Source of the DNA: Porticoccaceae bacterium
GTDB lineage: Bacteria; Pseudomonadota; Gammaproteobacteria; Pseudomonadales; Porticoccaceae
Direction of reading: 5' to 3'
Length of the DNA: 64,000 bases
Assembly: GCA_050175615.1 (NCBI GenBank)
Contig: JBFXIU010000001.1
Coordinates: forward strand, 547-64,546
Part shown: positions 40,784 through 50,122 of the stretch, one piece after another
How positions within the stretch are numbered: the first letter of the stretch is position 1
How the letters are laid out: each line of letters begins with the position of its first letter
The notes under the pieces: generated by a model
The model's input: the letters and a program-made list of their open reading frames with translations, nothing else
Told to the model about the DNA's origin: nothing
Database searches by the model: none
Translations under genes and position numbers: made by a program

Positions 40784-41127
40784 TGGAGGTCTCTCTCCTG
40801 TAATTCCTGTTCTTCCACGGTGCCGTAGGCGGCTTTTATTCTCACCACCAGCGACAGCGCCAGCGCCATGGTGGCAATGCCGACCACGATGGCGGTGAGA
40901 ATCAGCACATGGGTGAGGGGGTTTGAATACAGGGTTGCTTCGGGGATAAAAATCGGCGCCGTGCCGCCGTCGACTTTGCCGACGCTGATATAAAAGATAA
41001 AAACCGAGGTTTGGAAAATGTTGAGTCCGATCAGCTTTTTGATCAGGTTGCCCTGGACGATGACAATATAAAAACCGATCATCATCAGCACAATCACCAT
41101 CCAGTAATTATATAAATCCATCAACAT
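40777..41127 (-). CDS. mnhC: Mrp antiporter subunit C (NuoK-like)
   Basis: 116 aa and three TM. GNLIKKLIGLNIFQTSVFIFYISVG and LTAIVVGIATMALAL are MnhC-like. Confidence 0.85.
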   Translation of the reverse strand: MLMDLYNYWMVIVLMMIGFYIVIVQGNLIKKLIGLNIFQTSVFIFYISVGKVDGGTAPIFIPEATLYSNPLTHVLILTAIVVGIATMALALSLVVRIKAAYGTVEEQELQERDLQC

Positions 41128-42119
41128 TGGTTGTCCTCGCGGTGATTTTCCGTTTTTCCGGCAAAGGCGAAGAACATCAAAATCATGGTTGAGGCCACGG
41201 TGATGCCCACCCCCAGTTCGATAAAGAGAATTCCCATATGCTGGCCGGTAATCGGGTTTTCAAAAAGAACGTTGTAATCGAGAAAGTTGCCGCCGGAGAT
41301 CATGCTGACCACACCGACACAGCCGTATACCAGCACCCCCAGTGCCGCCAGCATGCGCAGAACATCCGGATTTATTACCCTGGTGGCGGTGCGCAGACCG
41401 AAAAGCATGGTGTAGAGAATGATGCCTGCAGCAAAAATCACCCCGGCCTGAAAGCCGCCGCCGGGGCCGTATTCGCCGTGAAACTGCACATAAAGAGCAA
41501 AGAGTAGAATCAGGGGAATCAGCATTTTGCTGACAATACGCAAAATCTCATGATTGCGCATATTGGCCTCAGGGGCATCACTCTCTGCGCTGCCCCTGTT
41601 TAAGGGAATTGCCAGCATTGCCAAAACCCCGATGGCGGCCGTAAAAATCACCACCACTTCGCCGAGGGTGTCGTAACCCCTATAGCTGGCCAGCACCGAG
41701 GTCACCATGTTGGGAATGCCGATTTCCGTCGGTGAGTCCTGAATATAGCGAACCGCCACATGCTGTTGGGCGGGATCCTCAGGGGCGCCGAACGGCGGCA
41801 TATCCAGGGTGCCCAGCAAAAGCATAATGCCCGTCAGGGTCACCAGGGCCAGGGAAATCAACGGGCGTCTGTGGGGTGTTTTTTCGTAACGTCCGACAAC
41901 GCTGATCACTGCCAGCATCAGCAATGGAAAGATACCGGCACCGACGGCGGCCTCGGTAAATGCGACGTCAACCGCATCCAGGGAGACAAAAAAACTGGCG
42001 GACAGCAAGCCGTAAATACCGGTGAGCATCACGGTGGCAAAAAGATCCCGAACCCGAACGATGGCGATGGCGACGGCCACCAACAAAAGCAGCAGACTGA
42101 TATCAAATAAGGTTGCCAT
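41121..42119 (-). CDS. mnhB: Fused DUF4040 (MbhD-like) plus MnhB-domain subunit of Mrp-like complex
   Basis: The N-terminal roughly 75 aa resemble DUF4040/MbhD (VRVRDLFATVMLTGIYGLLSASFFVSLDAVDVAFTEAAVGAG). The rest carries MnhB-type motifs (VTSVLASYRGYDTLGEVVVIFTA; HGEYGPGGGFQAG). Confidence 0.75.
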   Translation of the reverse strand: MATLFDISLLLLLVAVAIAIVRVRDLFATVMLTGIYGLLSASFFVSLDAVDVAFTEAAVGAGIFPLLMLAVISVVGRYEKTPHRRPLISLALVTLTGIMLLLGTLDMPPFGAPEDPAQQHVAVRYIQDSPTEIGIPNMVTSVLASYRGYDTLGEVVVIFTAAIGVLAMLAIPLNRGSAESDAPEANMRNHEILRIVSKMLIPLILLFALYVQFHGEYGPGGGFQAGVIFAAGIILYTMLFGLRTATRVINPDVLRMLAALGVLVYGCVGVVSMISGGNFLDYNVLFENPITGQHMGILFIELGVGITVASTMILMFFAFAGKTENHREDNQC

Positions 42120-42136
42120 GCAGCGCTTCTCCAGGG

Positions 42137-42454
42137 TTACCGTTTGAGTTCTTCTTCGCTAACAGGGTTGAGTTTGCCGTGGAGTGCTGATTTGGCGAGG
42201 GCGTGGCTGGCGGTCGGGCTGGTAATGAGCACAAAAAGCAAAATCAAAAAAAGCTTGAACAGGGCCAGGCTCCAACCGGCAAGGATCATCAGCGCCAGCA
42301 GGATGAGGCTGGCGGCGAGGGTTTCGGTAACCCCGGCGGCGTGCATGCGCGTGAAAAAGTCAGGAAACCTGAGCACCCCGACACCGCCAAAAATAATCAA
42401 CAGAGTGCCGAATAATAGGCAGGCAGAACTCAGGATAGTGGTTAGCAGTTCCAT
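42137..42454 (-). CDS. mnhG: Mrp antiporter subunit G
   Basis: GGVGVLRFPDFFTRMHAAGVTETL and LITSPTASHALAKSA are canonical MnhG/PhaG. Confidence 0.88.
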   Translation of the reverse strand: MELLTTILSSACLLFGTLLIIFGGVGVLRFPDFFTRMHAAGVTETLAASLILLALMILAGWSLALFKLFLILLFVLITSPTASHALAKSALHGKLNPVSEEELKR

Positions 42455-42463
42455 GGTTTGGCT

Positions 42464-42730
42464 CTAGTTCTCGCTATGGTTGCCGTTGGTGTATTCAAAA
42501 TAGCGCAGTACACCGACGACGCTGATAAAGTTGATCAGCGCATAAACCAGGGCGATATCGAGAAAATCGGGACGACCAAAAAGAAAACCGACCACGGCAA
42601 TCAAAAGCACGGTTTTGGTGCCAAAAAGATTGACGGCAAGAATGCGGTCGTAAATGGTCGGCCCCAACCAGGCTCTGGTTATGGCCATAATCATTACAAC
42701 AAGTAGGGCTATAGCCGTTGCCGATAACAT
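42464..42730 (-). CDS. mnhF: Mrp antiporter subunit F
   Basis: 88 aa, with GPTIYDRILAVNLFGTKTVLLIAV typical of MnhF/PhaF. Confidence 0.85.
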   Translation of the reverse strand: MLSATAIALLVVMIMAITRAWLGPTIYDRILAVNLFGTKTVLLIAVVGFLFGRPDFLDIALVYALINFISVVGVLRYFEYTNGNHSEN

Positions 42731-43201
42731 CTATGTCTCCAGCTTGTTAACCCTGCGCGCCATTTCACCGCTTTTGAGAGCGTCCATTCCCGCAGCCGTC
42801 AACGCATGCACCATGACGTGACCCTGTCCGAGATCCATTGCCACGGTTCCCGGTGTGAGGGTAATGGAGTTGGCGTAAATCACCTTGCCAATGCCGGTGC
42901 GCTGGGTAACCGGCAATGTCGCCACACAGGGGCTGATGGCGCTGTTGCCGCGGCAGATGCAAACAACCACGTCCAGATTGCTGCGCACAAGCTGCACGCC
43001 GAGCCAGGCGTAATAGGCTGGCAGTCGACGCAGAAGATGGGCAGGTTGGGATTCATGGTCGATGATGTCCATGCGCCGGCATAGCCAAACCACAGCAATG
43101 ACGGATAGCAGCCCCAGGGTCAGGCTCAAGGGGGTATAAAGGCCGGAGTTGCCCAGCCACAGTGCGATCAGAATACCAAAGAGAATAAAAGCGTGCTTCA
43201 T
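42731..43201 (-). CDS. mnhE: Mrp antiporter subunit E
   Basis: Size and pattern fit (N-terminal two TM; SITLTPGTVAMDL). It abuts mnhF with no gap. The start was taken at MKHAFILF (43201). Confidence 0.8.
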   Translation of the reverse strand: MKHAFILFGILIALWLGNSGLYTPLSLTLGLLSVIAVVWLCRRMDIIDHESQPAHLLRRLPAYYAWLGVQLVRSNLDVVVCICRGNSAISPCVATLPVTQRTGIGKVIYANSITLTPGTVAMDLGQGHVMVHALTAAGMDALKSGEMARRVNKLET

Positions 43202-43254
43202 TGTAGCTCCACAGGAACTGGTGTTATCCAAAAGCGCAACAAATTAACCTGAGT

Positions 43255-43719
43255 TCAGTTGCTGCATGGATAGTGCTGACTGAGAACCGTTTCAACGATA
43301 CTTTCTGCATAGGCGTGACTGTCCGAAGCTAGAGGTGTCTGGTTGATCAGGTTGACGATATCGCCAACCGATAAATCTTCCGAAAGACAATAGCGCTCCC
43401 CGCGGTAGTGATTTTTGTTTTCCAGCAGATTGCGCGCGCGGGTTTTAAGTGCCTTGTCCTGCAGGGACATTTTGCCATCTGTGGCAGTGTAAATTTCCGT
43501 GGCGGCGAGAAAGCCATGGATATAGGACTCGCACAGAACTCTGTTGATATCCCTGTCTGCTGCTGGCGAGGATTTGTCGGTTCGGGCTGTTATCTGTGCT
43601 GAGGACAGGCAGGCGGACAAAAACTGGTTTGCAGTGAGTTTTTCCACTGCCTGGCAGTTAAGGGCGAAAAATCCTGCCGACACAAAAACCATTATGTGAC
43701 TGGCTAGCGCTTTCTGCAT
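43255..43719 (-). CDS. Secreted hypothetical protein (four Cys after the signal peptide, helical)
   Basis: It has a signal peptide (MVFVSAGFFALNCQA). A LCESYIHGFLAA motif faintly recalls Rap1a/Tai4-type immunity folds, but I cannot support that assignment. Confidence 0.45.
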   Translation of the reverse strand: MQKALASHIMVFVSAGFFALNCQAVEKLTANQFLSACLSSAQITARTDKSSPAADRDINRVLCESYIHGFLAATEIYTATDGKMSLQDKALKTRARNLLENKNHYRGERYCLSEDLSVGDIVNLINQTPLASDSHAYAESIVETVLSQHYPCSN

Positions 43720-43892
43720 GACGGTAAACCAAAGTTATTTATTAGAGAGCCAATACATACTTTGGCACTAATTGGCGAGGAAAGTATTGTCAAAAATGTA
43801 AATAAGTGTGTCGATCGCAGGTTTGAGTGCCTTTGCAGCATTTCTCATGTATGTTTATAGCCAGGCTCTCGAAATCAGATAATCAGCCATTT

Positions 43893-44645
43893 ATGAGTGC
43901 ACCCAAATCGTCGACACCTTCGCCTGCAAGCCCGACTGTCGCGCCGCGTATTCTGATTGTTGATGACAATGCGGATATTCGCGAACTCGTATCCCAGCTG
44001 CTGGAAGCCGAGGGCTACATTGCCGCTACGGCCATTGACGGTGAGGATATGCTGAAGCAACTCGGGCGAGACAAGCCAGACATTATTCTCCTCGATGTGA
44101 TGTTGCCCGGGCGGGATGGCTTCGACCTCTGTCGTCAGCTCTGCGCTGACTCGGAAATGCCGCCCATCATCATGCTGACGGCAAAAGATGAGGAGATCGA
44201 TCGCGTTGTCGGCCTTGAGCTGGGTGCGGACGACTATATCGTCAAACCCTTTGGCCGCCGCGAACTGATCGCCAGGATCAAGGCGGTGCTGCGCCGGGTT
44301 AAGGCCAGTCCGCAGCGCTCGGCTCCGGGAATCTACCGCTTCGCGGGAATGACTTTCAAACCAGCACAAATGGAGCTTTGCGATGCCGATGCAACGACGA
44401 TTCCCCTGTCCAGCAGCGAGACAGAGTTGTTGCTGGTGTTCGTCCAGAATCCGCGCATTCCCCTGTCCAGGGACAGGCTGTTGGATTTAACCAAGGGGCG
44501 CAACAGTACGCCCTACGACCGCAGTATCGATACCCATGTCAGCCGTTTGCGGCGCAAGCTGGGGGATAACGGCAAGCACCCGGAAATTATCAAGACGGCC
44601 TGGGGGACGGGTTATCTGTTTAGCTGCGAGGTGGACATAGGGTGA
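43893..44645 (+). CDS. OmpR-family two-component response regulator
   Basis: Receiver domain (ILIVDDNADIRELV...DIILLDVMLPG) plus a winged-helix Trans_reg_C domain (YDRSIDTHVSRLRRKL...TAWGTGY). Confidence 0.9.
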   Translation: MSAPKSSTPSPASPTVAPRILIVDDNADIRELVSQLLEAEGYIAATAIDGEDMLKQLGRDKPDIILLDVMLPGRDGFDLCRQLCADSEMPPIIMLTAKDEEIDRVVGLELGADDYIVKPFGRRELIARIKAVLRRVKASPQRSAPGIYRFAGMTFKPAQMELCDADATTIPLSSSETELLLVFVQNPRIPLSRDRLLDLTKGRNSTPYDRSIDTHVSRLRRKLGDNGKHPEIIKTAWGTGYLFSCEVDIG

Positions 44646-46021
44646 ACCGCGCTTTGGCGACACATTGGCTGCCGAAGACGCTGAAGCTGCGCGCGATTTT
44701 GATTCTCTGTGCGGCTTTTGTTCTCGCCCAAACCCTGAGTCTGATCATTTTTGAGAGAAATCGCGATGAAGTGGTGCTGTTCACAGAGGCGGCCGACCTC
44801 TCTGACCGAATTATCGGTATTGTCAATCTGGCCTACAGTTTTCCAGAGCAGGATCGCCAGCTGATTCTGGCGGCGGCAGAGACCCAGTTTCTGGCGATGT
44901 TCCCCGACATCGTTCCCGTTGAGGAAGCCGCCTGTCAGGAAAACAGTTTTTCAGCGCAGATGTCCGAGCGCCTTCAGGAGGCGTTTGCGGCTCTCGATGG
45001 GGTCGACGCTCAGGTCTGTGTGCGCAGCCTGAGCCTGAAGCCATTGGTCGGCCGCAAAAGTGAATTGCAGGGCTTTGATGTCATGATTGCGGTCAATTTT
45101 CCCGATCGCAGCCAAACGGTTTTTCACGCCATCTTGCCGGAGGCCAAATCCCTGTTGCAGGATTGGGTGTTCGTCTACCTCCTGTTGGTGGGCGGGATCG
45201 CCCTGCTGCTGGCCTGGTATCTGATAAAAAAAGCCGTGGCGCCCATCGAACAGCTGGCTCATGCCGCCGATGAAATCGGCATCAATATCGACAGCCCCCC
45301 TCTCGATGAAGGTGGCCCGCTGGAGGTGTCGCGGGCGGCAAAAGCCTTCAATCTCATGCAGGCGCGGTTGGCGAGATTGTTGCACAGTCAAACCGAGATG
45401 CTGGCGGCCATTTCCCACGACCTGCGCTCCGCAGTGACGCGACTGCAATTGCGAGCAGAGCTGCTGCGCAACGAACACGAGCGCGAAGGCATGTTGCAGG
45501 TGGTTGCCGACATGCGCAGGATGACCCAGTCGGTGCTGGATTTTGTTCGCGGGCACAACCCCGACGAACCCTTGCGCAAGGTGAATATAACCGCGCTGGT
45601 CGAAAGCCTTTGCGAGGATCTTCGCGAAGAGGGCGTTGCGGTAACCTGCGCGGAGGATGCCCCTGCTGTGAACCTGTTCTGCCGTATTACGGATGTGCGC
45701 AGGAGCTTGCAAAATATCATTGATAATGCCGTTAAGTACGGCGGCTCTGCCGATGTCAGCGTGATCAGAGACGATGGCTATGGGGTGGTCACTGTGGTTG
45801 ATTATGGCGCCGGTATTCCCGAAGATCAGCTCGAAGCAGTCCTTCAGCCCTTTTACCGCATTGAACAGTCTCGCAATCGTCAAACCGGCGGCATCGGCCT
45901 GGGCTTGGCGATCAGCCAAAATATCGTCCTGGCTCACGGCGGCCAGTTTCGACTGGCGAACAGACCCGGCGGCGGCCTGGTCGTGGAAATGCGTTTCCCC
46001 CTGTCGTCGCCGCTGGGATGA
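44642..46021 (+). CDS. Sensor histidine kinase (periplasmic loop, HAMP, HisKA, HATPase_c)
   Basis: H-box AAISHDLRS, N-box QNIIDNAVKYG and G-boxes DYGAGIP and GGIGLGLAI. There is a GTGA overlap with the regulator gene. Confidence 0.9.
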   Translation: MNRALATHWLPKTLKLRAILILCAAFVLAQTLSLIIFERNRDEVVLFTEAADLSDRIIGIVNLAYSFPEQDRQLILAAAETQFLAMFPDIVPVEEAACQENSFSAQMSERLQEAFAALDGVDAQVCVRSLSLKPLVGRKSELQGFDVMIAVNFPDRSQTVFHAILPEAKSLLQDWVFVYLLLVGGIALLLAWYLIKKAVAPIEQLAHAADEIGINIDSPPLDEGGPLEVSRAAKAFNLMQARLARLLHSQTEMLAAISHDLRSAVTRLQLRAELLRNEHEREGMLQVVADMRRMTQSVLDFVRGHNPDEPLRKVNITALVESLCEDLREEGVAVTCAEDAPAVNLFCRITDVRRSLQNIIDNAVKYGGSADVSVIRDDGYGVVTVVDYGAGIPEDQLEAVLQPFYRIEQSRNRQTGGIGLGLAISQNIVLAHGGQFRLANRPGGGLVVEMRFPLSSPLG

Positions 46022-46089
46022 CGGCGTTGAAGTGGTGAATAATGCAACAAGCCGTCAGTTGCCCACCCTGCATTGCCCGTCCTCGACAC

Positions 46090-46118
46090 TTGTTATACAA
46101 ACATTAAACACCTACAAT
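46090..46118 (+). promoter_or_regulatory. Candidate sigma70 promoter of the B12 operon
   Basis: TTGTTA (46090-46095), a 17-nt spacer, then TACAAT (46113-46118), placed about 10 nt upstream of the riboswitch aptamer. Confidence 0.55.
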
Positions 46119-46127
46119 CCCCCTCCC

Positions 46128-46447
46128 ACGTTAGGTGCCTGCGCACTGTCTTTGCCAAAGACGGTTGGTGCAGGTTAAACGGGAAGTGAGGTGCGTTACT
46201 GGCTGTATGTGGCCGCCAGTAACCATGCCTCCGCTGCCCCCGCAACGGTAAACAGCAGTGCTGTGAGCCCGAAACCGGCCTGATAAGAGACTGAACAGCC
46301 CTCGGCTTGTTTACGTTCCGTGGTGATTGCAACGATGAAGCGGAGGGCTTTGTCGGTGGTCGTGCCTCTTGTGTTTAGTCTTTACGTCTAACCGTTGTCG
46401 CCACTTACTCCCCCTCCCTCAATCCTTGTTTTTATTACTGATTGAGG
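46128..46447 (+). promoter_or_regulatory. Cobalamin (AdoCbl) riboswitch with SD-sequestering expression platform
   Basis: Conserved aptamer blocks GGTTAAACGGGAAG...GGTG (46172-46191), GCTGCCCCCGCAACGGTAA (46233-46251) and the B12-box-like GAGCCCGAAACCGGCC (46265-46280). Downstream, CCTCAATC (46417-46424) can pair with GATTGAGG (46440-46447) and so cover the btuB SD. Confidence 0.85.
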
Positions 46448-46453
46448 AAGATT

Positions 46454-48430
46454 ATGAATACCTTTACCCCTGTAACTCCCGTCAAAACGTTATTGGCGTC
46501 TGCTGTGCGCATGGCTGTCGCCATCAGTGCTGTCACGGTTTCTTCGGCAGTGATGGCTGGCCAGTCTATTGATGAAGAAGTCATTGTGTCGGCATCCCAT
46601 TTGCCCGTCCCCCAATCCCAAACCGCCAATGCGGTGACGGTGATTGATGCCGAAATGCTTAAAAATCGCGCGCCGCTTGCGGTTAGCGATATTCTCCGCG
46701 ATGTCCCCGGGCTGGCGGTGAGTCGCACCAGTATGCTGGGTTCTGCCACCCAGATTCGCGCCCGCGGCGCCGAAGGCAACCATTTGCTGGTGCTGATCGA
46801 CGGTGTTGAGGCCAATGACCCTTCGCAAAGTGACGAACTCAATTGGGGCACTCTAACGGCTGCAGATATCGAGCGCATTGAAGTCATACGCGGTCCCATG
46901 AGCGCCCTTTACGGCAGTGATGCGGTCGCCGGTGTTATCAGTATTACCACCAAGCAGGCAGACAAGCCGTTTTCCGCCTCGGTTTTCAGCGAAGTGGGCA
47001 CCCTGGATACCCGCAACAATGGTGTCAGCTTTGGCCATAAAAGCGACGCCTTTAACATTCGTGTCGGTGTCACTGATCTGGATTCCAGCGGCGACAATAT
47101 CGCTGCCACCGGCACTGAGGATGATGGTTATCGCAACCGCACCTATAACCTCAATGGCGGCTGGCAACCCCTGGATGACCTGAAGCTGAGTTTTGCCGCC
47201 CGCCGCAATGAAGGCCGCAACGAGTTTGATGGCAGCGACTTCGTTGTCACCGGCCTGCCCACCGATGCGGATGTTTACACCGAGTTCGACAACGAAACCG
47301 GTCGCCTTCAGCTCGACTACGCGGCGCTGGACGGCGCCTGGCTGCATAAATTGGTCTACGCCCGCACCAACAACGACAACGCCAATTTCACAAACCGCTT
47401 GATTACCGGCGCCACCAGCTCGGAGAAGGATCAGTATCAATACCTGAACTCACTGCTGTGGAATCAGGGCGCTCAGCGAATTTCGCTGCTGCTGGAGCAT
47501 GAGGAGGAGGATTTTCATCAGCGCGGCGAGATCAGTTTTGGCAGCGACCCCAACCAGGATCGCAGTCGCGAATCTGACAGCGCCGCCCTTGAATACCGGG
47601 GAACCTTTAACGACACACTGACCTTTGCGTCCAGTGTTCGCTACGACGATAATTCAGAGTTTGACGACGCCACCACCTATCGCCTCGAAGCTATTTATCA
47701 GCTCAATGGTGATAGCCGTGTTCGCGCCGCCTGGGGCACTGCCGTTAAAAACCCCACCTTTACCGAACGCTTTGGCTACTACGCCACATCCACTTTCCCT
47801 TACATTGGCAACCCCAATCTGGAGCCGGAAGAATCGGAAAGTTGGGAGCTGGGTTTTGACCAGTCCCTGTTTGAGGGCAGGGTGGAGCTTTCCGCCACCT
47901 GGTTTGAGGCGGAACTTGAGGATGAAATTAACGGTTACTACTACGATCCGGCACTGTTTGCCACCACGGCAATCAATATCGACGGCGACAGCCACCGCGA
48001 AGGCCTGGAGCTGAGTGTTGCCGCTGCGCTGACCGAGACGCTTTCCCTGAACGGATCTTACACCTATACCGACTCCACCCAGGAAGACAGCGTTAGCGGC
48101 CGGGATGTGGATGAACTGCGCCGCGCTCGCCATATCGGCAGCCTGACACTGGCCTGGCAGGCGTTGGAGATTCTCCAGCTCAATGCCAATGTTCAGTACA
48201 ATGGCACCCAGAAGGATCAGTTTTTCCCACCCTGGCCTCAGTCTTCTGAAATTGTGGACTTGGATGACTACACTCTGGTCAATCTTAACGCCACCCTCAA
48301 CGCCACGGAAAATCTCGATTGTTATGTGCGCCTGGAAAACCTGTTGGACGAAGACTACGAAGAAGTCTACGGTTTTCAAACACCGGGACTGGGTGCCCAT
48401 TTAGGTGTGCGCTATAACTTTGCGCCCTGA
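46454..48430 (+). CDS. btuB: TonB-dependent outer membrane cobalamin receptor
   Basis: Signal peptide, TonB box (DEEVIVSAS), plug motifs (IEVIRGPMSALYGSDAVAGVISITT) and a terminal aromatic (YNF). It is directly controlled by the cobalamin riboswitch. The ATG at 46454 follows the SD GAGGAAG. Confidence 0.88.
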   Translation: MNTFTPVTPVKTLLASAVRMAVAISAVTVSSAVMAGQSIDEEVIVSASHLPVPQSQTANAVTVIDAEMLKNRAPLAVSDILRDVPGLAVSRTSMLGSATQIRARGAEGNHLLVLIDGVEANDPSQSDELNWGTLTAADIERIEVIRGPMSALYGSDAVAGVISITTKQADKPFSASVFSEVGTLDTRNNGVSFGHKSDAFNIRVGVTDLDSSGDNIAATGTEDDGYRNRTYNLNGGWQPLDDLKLSFAARRNEGRNEFDGSDFVVTGLPTDADVYTEFDNETGRLQLDYAALDGAWLHKLVYARTNNDNANFTNRLITGATSSEKDQYQYLNSLLWNQGAQRISLLLEHEEEDFHQRGEISFGSDPNQDRSRESDSAALEYRGTFNDTLTFASSVRYDDNSEFDDATTYRLEAIYQLNGDSRVRAAWGTAVKNPTFTERFGYYATSTFPYIGNPNLEPEESESWELGFDQSLFEGRVELSATWFEAELEDEINGYYYDPALFATTAINIDGDSHREGLELSVAAALTETLSLNGSYTYTDSTQEDSVSGRDVDELRRARHIGSLTLAWQALEILQLNANVQYNGTQKDQFFPPWPQSSEIVDLDDYTLVNLNATLNATENLDCYVRLENLLDEDYEEVYGFQTPGLGAHLGVRYNFAP

Positions 48431-48449
48431 TAAAGGTAGAGGAAAGACC

Positions 48450-49139
48450 ATGACAGTAAAGCGGGTATTGTTATCCTGGAGCAGTGGTAAGGACTCCGCC
48501 TGGACACTGTATCAGTTGCAACAAAACCCTGCGGTGGAGGTGGTCGGCCTGCTGACCACCTTCAACAGCCAGTTCAACCGCTCCGCCATTCACGGTGTCC
48601 GCCAGTTGCTGGTGAGGCAGCAGGCAAAAGCGGCGGCGCTGCCCCTCCAGGAAGTGGCGTTGCCCTGGCCGTGCAGCAACGAGGATTATGAACGCATTAT
48701 GGGCGCTGCCCTGGCGGAGGCGAGGCAGACCTTTGCCATGGATGCCATCGCCTTTGGCGATCTGTTTCTTGAAGATATTCGCCGCTACCGGGAAGAGCGC
48801 ATGAAAGATACCGGGCTTGAATTGCTCTTCCCCATCTGGGGAATCCCCACGGCTCAGTTGGCTCAGGATATGATAGCCGGCGGCCTGCGGGCGACGCTGA
48901 CCTGCGTTGATCCGCGCGTGCTGGCGGCGGACTTTGCCGGTCGCCACTTTGACCAGTCATTACTTGACGACCTTCCGGCAGCGGTTGACCCCTGTGGTGA
49001 AAACGGTGAATTTCACAGCTTTACCTGGGACGGCCCCATGTTTCGCCAGCCGGTCAATATTCAGAACGGCGAAGTGGTTGAGCGGGACGGTTTTGTCTAT
49101 GCCGACCTTTTACCCGTTGAGGAAATTGTACGCGGATGA
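48450..49139 (+). CDS. DUF71 / Dph6-related N-type ATP pyrophosphatase (adenine nucleotide alpha-hydrolase superfamily)
   Basis: PP-loop LLSWSSGKDSAW at the N-terminus and C-terminal CGENGEFHSF, typical of the MJ0570/diphthine-ammonia-ligase-like family. Confidence 0.7.
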   Translation: MTVKRVLLSWSSGKDSAWTLYQLQQNPAVEVVGLLTTFNSQFNRSAIHGVRQLLVRQQAKAAALPLQEVALPWPCSNEDYERIMGAALAEARQTFAMDAIAFGDLFLEDIRRYREERMKDTGLELLFPIWGIPTAQLAQDMIAGGLRATLTCVDPRVLAADFAGRHFDQSLLDDLPAAVDPCGENGEFHSFTWDGPMFRQPVNIQNGEVVERDGFVYADLLPVEEIVRG

Positions 49140-50122
49140 AAATTGTCTCCCTGTTGCCCAGCGCGACGGAACTGATTTGCGGCCTCGGCCTGCGGGAGCA
49201 GTTGGTTGGCGTGTCCCACGAATGCGACTATCCCCCATCGGTTCGCGATTTGCCGGTGTTGACCCGTTCGCGGATTCCCCCCGGCCTGCCCAGCAACGAA
49301 ATTGACCGCCTGGTGACCGAACAATTGGCAACCGACATCGCCCTCTACAACCTTGAACTGGACACTCTTATTGCTCTGGCGCCGGATCTGATTGTCACCC
49401 AGGCGCTCTGCGATGTCTGTGCGGTGTCCGGCAGTGAAGTGGCGCGGGCGCTGGCCAGTTTGCCCGGCGATCCTCAGGTGGTGAATCTGGAGCCAACCTG
49501 CTTGGGTGACGTGCTCGACACAGTGACCCTGGTGGCGGAAGCTGCCGGTTGCCCGCAACAGGGTCGCCGGTATGTGGCCGAACTGGAACAGCGCATTGAT
49601 GCTGTTGCCGGGCGCAGCGCCGCCATTGCCAGCTCGCAAAAACCCAGGGTGGCCATGCTCGACTGGCTCGATCCTCTGTTTGACGGCGGCCACTGGTGCC
49701 CGGAAATTATCGAACTGGCCGGTGGTGTCCCCTGTCTGGGGGAAAAACAGACGCCATCGCGGCGCCGCCAGTGGCAGGAGTTGATTGAAGTCCAGCCGGA
49801 GGTGATTTTTATCGCCCTTTGCGGTTTCGATATAAAACGATCCCTGGTGGATGTGCAGAAATTCTTTGCCTGTCGCGAGTTTGCAGAATTGTGGCGGCAG
49901 TGCCAGCCCCAAATTTATCTGGTCGACGGCAATGCCTATTTCAGCCGACCGGGGCCGCGGTTGGTGGACAGCCTGGAGATTATGGCCAATGCACTGCATT
50001 CGGAAACACATCCGCTGCCAACAGATTTGGTTGCGGCAATGACCTTTGACCGTGCGACAATTGAGCTCACCTTAGCCAGTGGCAACCAGGCTGATGACAG
50101 CCAGAGCGGAGATTTCAAATGA
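49136..50122 (+). CDS. BtuF/FecB-like (class III periplasmic-binding-protein fold) cobalamin-binding-type protein without signal peptide
   Basis: MKIVSLLPSATELICGLGL..LVGVSHECDYP is the BtuF-type N-terminus, but there is no hydrophobic leader. ATGA overlaps occur on both sides. Confidence 0.7.
   Translation: MKIVSLLPSATELICGLGLREQLVGVSHECDYPPSVRDLPVLTRSRIPPGLPSNEIDRLVTEQLATDIALYNLELDTLIALAPDLIVTQALCDVCAVSGSEVARALASLPGDPQVVNLEPTCLGDVLDTVTLVAEAAGCPQQGRRYVAELEQRIDAVAGRSAAIASSQKPRVAMLDWLDPLFDGGHWCPEIIELAGGVPCLGEKQTPSRRRQWQELIEVQPEVIFIALCGFDIKRSLVDVQKFFACREFAELWRQCQPQIYLVDGNAYFSRPGPRLVDSLEIMANALHSETHPLPTDLVAAMTFDRATIELTLASGNQADDSQSGDFK

Noticed and set aside
43255-43719. Assignment of the secreted Cys-containing protein as a Rap1a/Tai4-type T6SS immunity protein.
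   Set aside because: It rests only on a short CxxYIxG-like motif. No T6SS effector or other T6SS genes are nearby, and the assignment cannot be supported without a profile search.
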